Source: Bacteroidales bacterium
GTDB taxonomy: Bacteria; Bacteroidota; Bacteroidia; Bacteroidales; UBA932
Assembly (NCBI GenBank): GCA_017505605.1
Contig: JAFVOX010000004.1
Span: forward strand, 18,479 to 82,478
Direction: 5' to 3'
Length of the DNA: 64,000 nt
The notes below the pieces were generated by a model that worked only from the letters and a program-made list of their open reading frames with translations, was not told the DNA's origin and did not search any database. Below are positions 60,068 to 64,000 of the stretch, in pieces. The position numbers and the translations under genes were made by a program. How positions within the stretch are numbered: position 1 is the stretch's first letter; each line of letters begins with the position of its first letter.

Positions 60068-60157
60068 TAACAACTTGAATACTAACACCTTATAGAATAT
60101 GCCTGCTGTCTTCTGTCAGCAGGCATATTTGATATATTGTTGATTTTCAGGTGATTG
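60068..60157. repeat. 90-bp 25-40-25 dyad element, copy C (trmB/miaA convergent gap)
   Basis: Boxes 60068-60092 and 60133-60157; centred 13-bp stem AATATGCCTGCTG/CAGCAGGCATATT. Confidence 0.75.
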
Positions 60158-60161
60158 TTGG

Positions 60162-61241
60162 TTACACTGCGGTCCAGTGGATGGTTATGCCTTTGCGTTC
60201 CATACCGCGGAACCAGGTCATCTGGCGTTTTGCAAACTGGTGGATGGCTGTGGCAAGCTGTGTGCGCATCTGGTCGAAGGTAAGCTCTCCTGTTATGTAC
60301 TGGGTCACGAACTTGTACTCCAGGCCGTAGTAGATAAGGTCTTCTGCAGGAATCGGTTTGTGGCCCGGTGCCAATGCGGGATGGGTTCCGTCAATCAATC
60401 CTTTGATTTCCTCTACCATACCTTCTTCGAGTCGGGCATCCAAGCGCTTGTCAATCTTTGCATTTCGGACTTCTCTGTTTACCAGGGTGCCTATGTAGTA
60501 AGTGTTTTTAGGAAGATAGCACGAGCGCTGGACAGGATGTCCGGCTTCGTAAGTCGCTATCTCCAAAGCGCGGATGAGGCGCTTGCGGGTGTCGTAGTCG
60601 GTGTTGTTGTGCAGTGGCTTCAGAGAGGCCAGTTGGGCGATAAGTTCTTCATCGGATTTTTTTTCAAGTTCCTCCCTCAGCTGCGGATCCGGCGGAACTT
60701 CCGGCAGGGAGTAGCCGCAGGTGGCCGCTTCTATATAAAGACCGCTTCCTCCGCAAAGGATAGGGATTCCACCTCTGTCGACTATGTCCTTATATGCCTT
60801 TTCGAAATCCCTTTGATATTCGAAGATATTGTACTTTGTGCCGGCATCCACTATATCCATAAGATGGTATGGAATCTCCTCATATTCAGACAGATCCTTT
60901 CCTGTACCGATGTCCATTCCCCTATATACCTGCCTTGAATCCGCTGAAATGATCTCCGCGCCTGACTGAGGCTTTCGGAGAGGGTGCGGCAAGAACCCCT
61001 GCGGCCAGGGGGGTAGCACGCTTCCCGCACCCTCTCCGAAAGCTTCGCAGGAGAGGAGTTTGTTGATCTGGCGGGCGAGTTGGACTGCATAGCGGGTCTT
61101 TCCGGATGCTGTCGGTCCGAGGACGCAGATCAGGTCAATCTCTCCGGAGAGGTATTTGTCGAGAAGTTCCCTGACATTTATTTCTTCTGCAGGAGGTAAC
61201 TCTGCCATCGGGGGTATCGGAGTGAATGGTTTCTTTGCCAT
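60162..61241 (-). CDS. miaA: tRNA dimethylallyltransferase, with in-frame palindromic insertion
   Basis: GPTASGKT, IISADSRQVYRGMDIGTGK, CGGSGLY, FAKRQMTWFR. The -7 promoter at 61273-61266 supports the start at 61241. Confidence 0.93.
   Translation of the reverse strand: MAKKPFTPIPPMAELPPAEEINVRELLDKYLSGEIDLICVLGPTASGKTRYAVQLARQINKLLSCEAFGEGAGSVLPPWPQGFLPHPLRKPQSGAEIISADSRQVYRGMDIGTGKDLSEYEEIPYHLMDIVDAGTKYNIFEYQRDFEKAYKDIVDRGGIPILCGGSGLYIEAATCGYSLPEVPPDPQLREELEKKSDEELIAQLASLKPLHNNTDYDTRKRLIRALEIATYEAGHPVQRSCYLPKNTYYIGTLVNREVRNAKIDKRLDARLEEGMVEEIKGLIDGTHPALAPGHKPIPAEDLIYYGLEYKFVTQYITGELTFDQMRTQLATAIHQFAKRQMTWFRGMERKGITIHWTAV
60971..61043. repeat. Palindromic element inside the miaA coding sequence
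   Basis: Perfect 19-bp IR GCTTTCGGAGAGGGTGCGG / CCGCACCCTCTCCGAAAGC with an internal CCCCT-GCGGCC-AGGGG hairpin. Confidence 0.85.
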
Positions 61242-61346
61242 AGGTTCTTGATTAGCCTTCATATGCAAAGATAGTATTTTATGCAGCATTTTGGAAAAAA
61301 GCACTACATTTGCATTCTTGAGTAATAATTTTTGAATATACAGGAT

Positions 61347-61796
61347 ATGCCGAAAGCAAAGAGCAGTGTAGAGATAAAGAACAGGAGGGCTTCGTTTGAC
61401 TATGAGTTCATCGAGACCTTCCAGGCGGGAATTGTGCTGACCGGCACAGAGATAAAGTCCATCAGGGCAGGCAAGGCCTCGCTTGTGGACACATTCTGCT
61501 ATTTCAACAACAACGAGCTGTATGTCAAGAATATGCACATCGCCGAGTACTGGTGGGGAAGCTGGGGAAAGCACGATCCGCGCCGCGACCGCAAGCTGCT
61601 TCTGACCCGCAAGGAGCTGAACAAGCTTCAGCGTGCGGTGAAGGAAAAGGGTCTTACCATTGTCGGAGTGAAACTGTATATAGCGGATAACGGATATGCC
61701 AAGATCCTGATAGCCCTGGCGCGAGGAAAGAAGGAGTACGACAAGCGTGCTTCCATAAAGGAAAAGGACCTCCGCCGAGAAATGGAAAGGATATAA
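61347..61796 (+). CDS. smpB: SsrA-binding protein
   Basis: [37 protein letters not shown]. Confidence 0.96.
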   Translation: MPKAKSSVEIKNRRASFDYEFIETFQAGIVLTGTEIKSIRAGKASLVDTFCYFNNNELYVKNMHIAEYWWGSWGKHDPRRDRKLLLTRKELNKLQRAVKEKGLTIVGVKLYIADNGYAKILIALARGKKEYDKRASIKEKDLRREMERI

Positions 61797-61834
61797 AAAC
61801 ATTAAAGGAAGCCGCTCGGCTTCCTTTAATGTTT
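61797..61834. terminator. Bidirectional terminator between smpB and metK
   Basis: Perfect 18-bp IR AAACATTAAAGGAAGCCG / CGGCTTCCTTTAATGTTT. Confidence 0.75.
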
Positions 61835-61837
61835 ACA

Positions 61838-61863
61838 GTCATTCCCGGCCTGACCGGGAATCT
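61838..61863. repeat. Single (C)GTC-type REP-like palindrome
   Basis: GTCATTCCCGGCCTGACCGGGAATCT, 24/26 identical to 38959-38984. Confidence 0.8.
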
Positions 61864-61872
61864 CATATATCC

Positions 61873-63192
61873 TTAAAGTCCGAAGGACTCTTTGATCATA
61901 TCCACTGAGTCGAGGAGTTCCCATCCGAAGAACTGTACGAGTTCCTGAACCATCTTGCCGTCTTTGCGGATGGCTACGCTTGCCTTGTAAGGGTCGCGTC
62001 CCACGTGGCCGTATGAGGCTGTTGGCTCGTAGATAGGCTTCTTGAGGTTGAACTTCTCGATGATCTTTGCAGGACGGAGGTCGAAGAGGGAGTTGATCTT
62101 CTCTGCGATCTCTGCGTCGCTCAGACCGTTGACTGCTGTGCCGTAAGTGTTTACGTAGATACTTACAGGACGTGCGACGCCGATTGCATATGAGAGCTGT
62201 ACAAGCATTTCGCGTGCTACGCCTGCAGCTACCATATTCTTTGCGATGTAACGTGCTGCGTATGCTGCAGAACGGTCAACCTTTGAAGGATCCTTTCCTG
62301 AGAATGCTCCACCACCGTGTGCTCCCTTTCCGCCGTAAGTGTCAACGATGATCTTACGTCCTGTAAGACCTGTGTCACCGTGAGGACCACCGATCACGAA
62401 CTTGCCTGTAGGGTTTACGTGAAGGATGTGGTCACCCTTGAAAAGAGCTGCCTCCTCAGGGCTGAGTGACTCGATGAGCATAGGAAGAAGGATATTCTGG
62501 ACATCCTCGCGGATCTTTGCCTGCATAGCCTCGTCCACACGCTTCTGACCGAACTGCGAGCAGCCGTCCTCATAGCTCATATTGCCGAGGGAAGCCGGAG
62601 TGAACTCATCGTGCTGTGTAGAGATCACTATTGTGTGTACTCTTACAGGCTGGTTAGTCTCGCCGTCGTACTCGATAGTGAACTGTGACTTAGAGTCCGG
62701 ACGGAGGTAAGGCATAAGCTCCGGAGTCTGCTTGCGGATCTTGGCAAGGAGAAGGAGGGCCTGGTGTGAGAGTGCGAGCGGAAGCGGCATATACTCCTTT
62801 GTATCGCCGCAGGCATAACCGAACATCATACCCTGGTCGCCGGCACCCTGTGCGTCAGCGTCTTCGCCGACTACACCGCGGTTGATGTCCACGCTCTGCT
62901 CGTGAAGAGCCGAGAGGATACCGCAAGAGTTGCCGTCGAACATATACTCTGCCTTGTTGTAGCCGATCTTGTTGATTACCCGGCGGACTGTCTTAGGAAT
63001 GTCCACATAGGCGTCCTCTGAGCGTACTTCGCCACCTACAACTACGAGTCCGGTGCTGCAGAATGTCTCGCAAGCCACCTTTGATTCAGGATCCTGGCGG
63101 AGGAATTCGTCGAGGATCGCGTCTGAAATCTGGTCGGACACCTTGTCTGGATGTCCTTCTGATACTGATTCTGATGTAAACAGATAATTCAT
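61873..63192 (-). CDS. metK: S-adenosylmethionine synthetase
   Basis: [49 protein letters not shown]. Confidence 0.98.
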   Translation of the reverse strand: MNYLFTSESVSEGHPDKVSDQISDAILDEFLRQDPESKVACETFCSTGLVVVGGEVRSEDAYVDIPKTVRRVINKIGYNKAEYMFDGNSCGILSALHEQSVDINRGVVGEDADAQGAGDQGMMFGYACGDTKEYMPLPLALSHQALLLLAKIRKQTPELMPYLRPDSKSQFTIEYDGETNQPVRVHTIVISTQHDEFTPASLGNMSYEDGCSQFGQKRVDEAMQAKIREDVQNILLPMLIESLSPEEAALFKGDHILHVNPTGKFVIGGPHGDTGLTGRKIIVDTYGGKGAHGGGAFSGKDPSKVDRSAAYAARYIAKNMVAAGVAREMLVQLSYAIGVARPVSIYVNTYGTAVNGLSDAEIAEKINSLFDLRPAKIIEKFNLKKPIYEPTASYGHVGRDPYKASVAIRKDGKMVQELVQFFGWELLDSVDMIKESFGL

Positions 63193-63205
63193 ATTCTTAA
63201 AATTT

Positions 63206-63295
63206 TAAACACTTATCTATCAATGTGTTGCTATAAATCACCTGCTCCAAATGCCGCAGGTGATTCAGCGTAAGCTGCTGGGAGACAGGGGATTG
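63206..63295. repeat. 90-bp 25-40-25 dyad element, copy D (metK leader)
   Basis: Boxes 63206-63230 and 63271-63295; centred stem AATCACCTGC/GCAGGTGATT. Close to copy B in reverse orientation. Confidence 0.75.
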
Positions 63296-63311
63296 TGCTT
63301 CACAGCCTGGC

Positions 63312-63340
63312 AAAACAAAAGCCCCACAAGAATGCGGAGC
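63312..63340 (-). terminator. Attenuator-like intrinsic terminator in the metK leader
   Basis: Minus strand GCTCCGCA-TTCT-TGTGGGGC followed by TTTTGTTTT. Confidence 0.55.
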
Positions 63341-63403
63341 CGTCACAAAACACAAAACATTGATATGAAAGCGGCCATCGTGGCGCGATGACCATTGTCA
63401 ACA

Positions 63404-63450
63404 TTTTAGCATTTTTTAACGTGGTTGCAAGCAGCCAAATTTCTCCACAT
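63404..63450 (-). promoter_or_regulatory. SAM-II riboswitch
   Basis: Minus strand GTGG-AGAAATTT-GGCTGC-TTGCAA-CCAC...AAAAAT-GCTAAAA has the SAM-II ATTT, TTGCA and GCTAAA landmarks. Upstream of metK; -7 promoter TACCTTTG at 63497-63490. Confidence 0.8.
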
Positions 63451-63758
63451 ATCTTTTCCCCGAGAGGCAACCTCTCGCTTTTCGGGCGGCAAAGGTATAT
63501 ATAAATTTGATATATTCAAAATTTTATGTATCGACTTAACTATCGCAAGTTTCACCAACCTTCAATAAATCAATAATTAACCACTTGCGAAACTTGAGTA
63601 TATCGATATATCTACTTTTATATCAATAAGGTAATCATTCGTGTCAATAGGTCTTTTGACCGTTAAAAGTGCCCCCAAAATTTCATATCATCGTAAAAAA
63701 AGTGTATCTTCGCGCATTAAAAATTAAAACAACCTTATTATTTTATAACTAATCCATT

Positions 63759-64000
63759 ATGAAACAAACAATTAAGTATCTTGTGGCTGCATTTGCAGCG
63801 ATGCTTATGGTTGTCTCTGCTTTTGCGCAGGTGACAACTTCGGCTCTCGGTGGCCGTGTTGTTGACGCTAACGGTGCGCCGGTGATTGGAGCAGCAGTGG
63901 TTGCTACTCACGTTCCTTCCGGTACAGTTTACGGCGTTATCACAAACAACGACGGACGCTACGCCATCAACGGTATGCGTGCCGGTGGTCCTTACAAGGT
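63759..64000 (+). CDS. TonB-dependent receptor with N-terminal carboxypeptidase-regulatory-like domain (5' part, truncated by the window)
   Basis: MKQTIKYLVAAFAAMLMVVSAFA-QVTTSALGGRVVD...ATHVPSGTVYG..TNNDGRYAINGMRAGGPYK. Confidence 0.85.
   Translation, partial: MKQTIKYLVAAFAAMLMVVSAFAQVTTSALGGRVVDANGAPVIGAAVVATHVPSGTVYGVITNNDGRYAINGMRAGGPYK

Noticed and set aside
2706-60938. Long antisense ORFs (for example 2706-3413, 11909-12736, 17672-18472, 24547-25527, 46325-47059, 56210-57073, 60177-60938)
   Set aside because: They overlap well-supported genes on the opposite strand and show no recognisable motifs; they are expected from codon bias.
61242-61802. N-terminal 187-aa extension of the 546-aa miaA ORF
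   Set aside because: It is the antisense shadow of smpB; the -7 promoter at 61273-61266 places the real start at 61241.
63528-63640. Possible fifth 90-bp element between metK and the TonB gene
   Set aside because: There are short IRs (CAAGTTTC/GAAACTTG) and weak box-like sequences, but no 40-bp spacing and no CCTG/CAGG hairpin.

Overview
Chromosomal window from a Bacteroidales bacterium (TAnnTTTG -7 promoters, a SusC/SusD pair, Bacteroidetes-type pgk, metK and hemD-rnpA-yidD; finer taxonomy not determinable here). Most of it is housekeeping: ispE 3' end, tsaE, comM, cstA, envC-like, PPTase, mdh, lolD, lepA, yidD, rnpA, hemD, pgk, lgt, trxA, ispB, holB, ricT, trmB, miaA, smpB and metK. It also holds a TonB receptor with a LytS/LytTR pair, two ECF sigma modules, a GH3/GH65 polysaccharide utilisation locus, a TolC/RND efflux operon, tRNA-Pro(TGG), a probable 6S-like (Bacteroidales-1-like) ncRNA and a SAM-II riboswitch. 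The unusual content is in the small repeats. (1) Four dispersed 90-bp dyad elements keep a fixed 25-40-25 geometry despite poor sequence identity. (2) A RAYT-like HUH transposase is bracketed by direct doublets of 36-bp hairpins (73-bp period), with an orphan doublet 26 kb away. (3) A palindrome with a 19-bp stem sits in frame inside miaA, and a possibly related 136-bp element is intergenic. (4) CGTC-type REP copies are present. (5) A short upstream ORF and a terminator lie between the SAM-II aptamer and metK. CATG also appears strongly depleted. All calls come from reading by eye; no searches were run.
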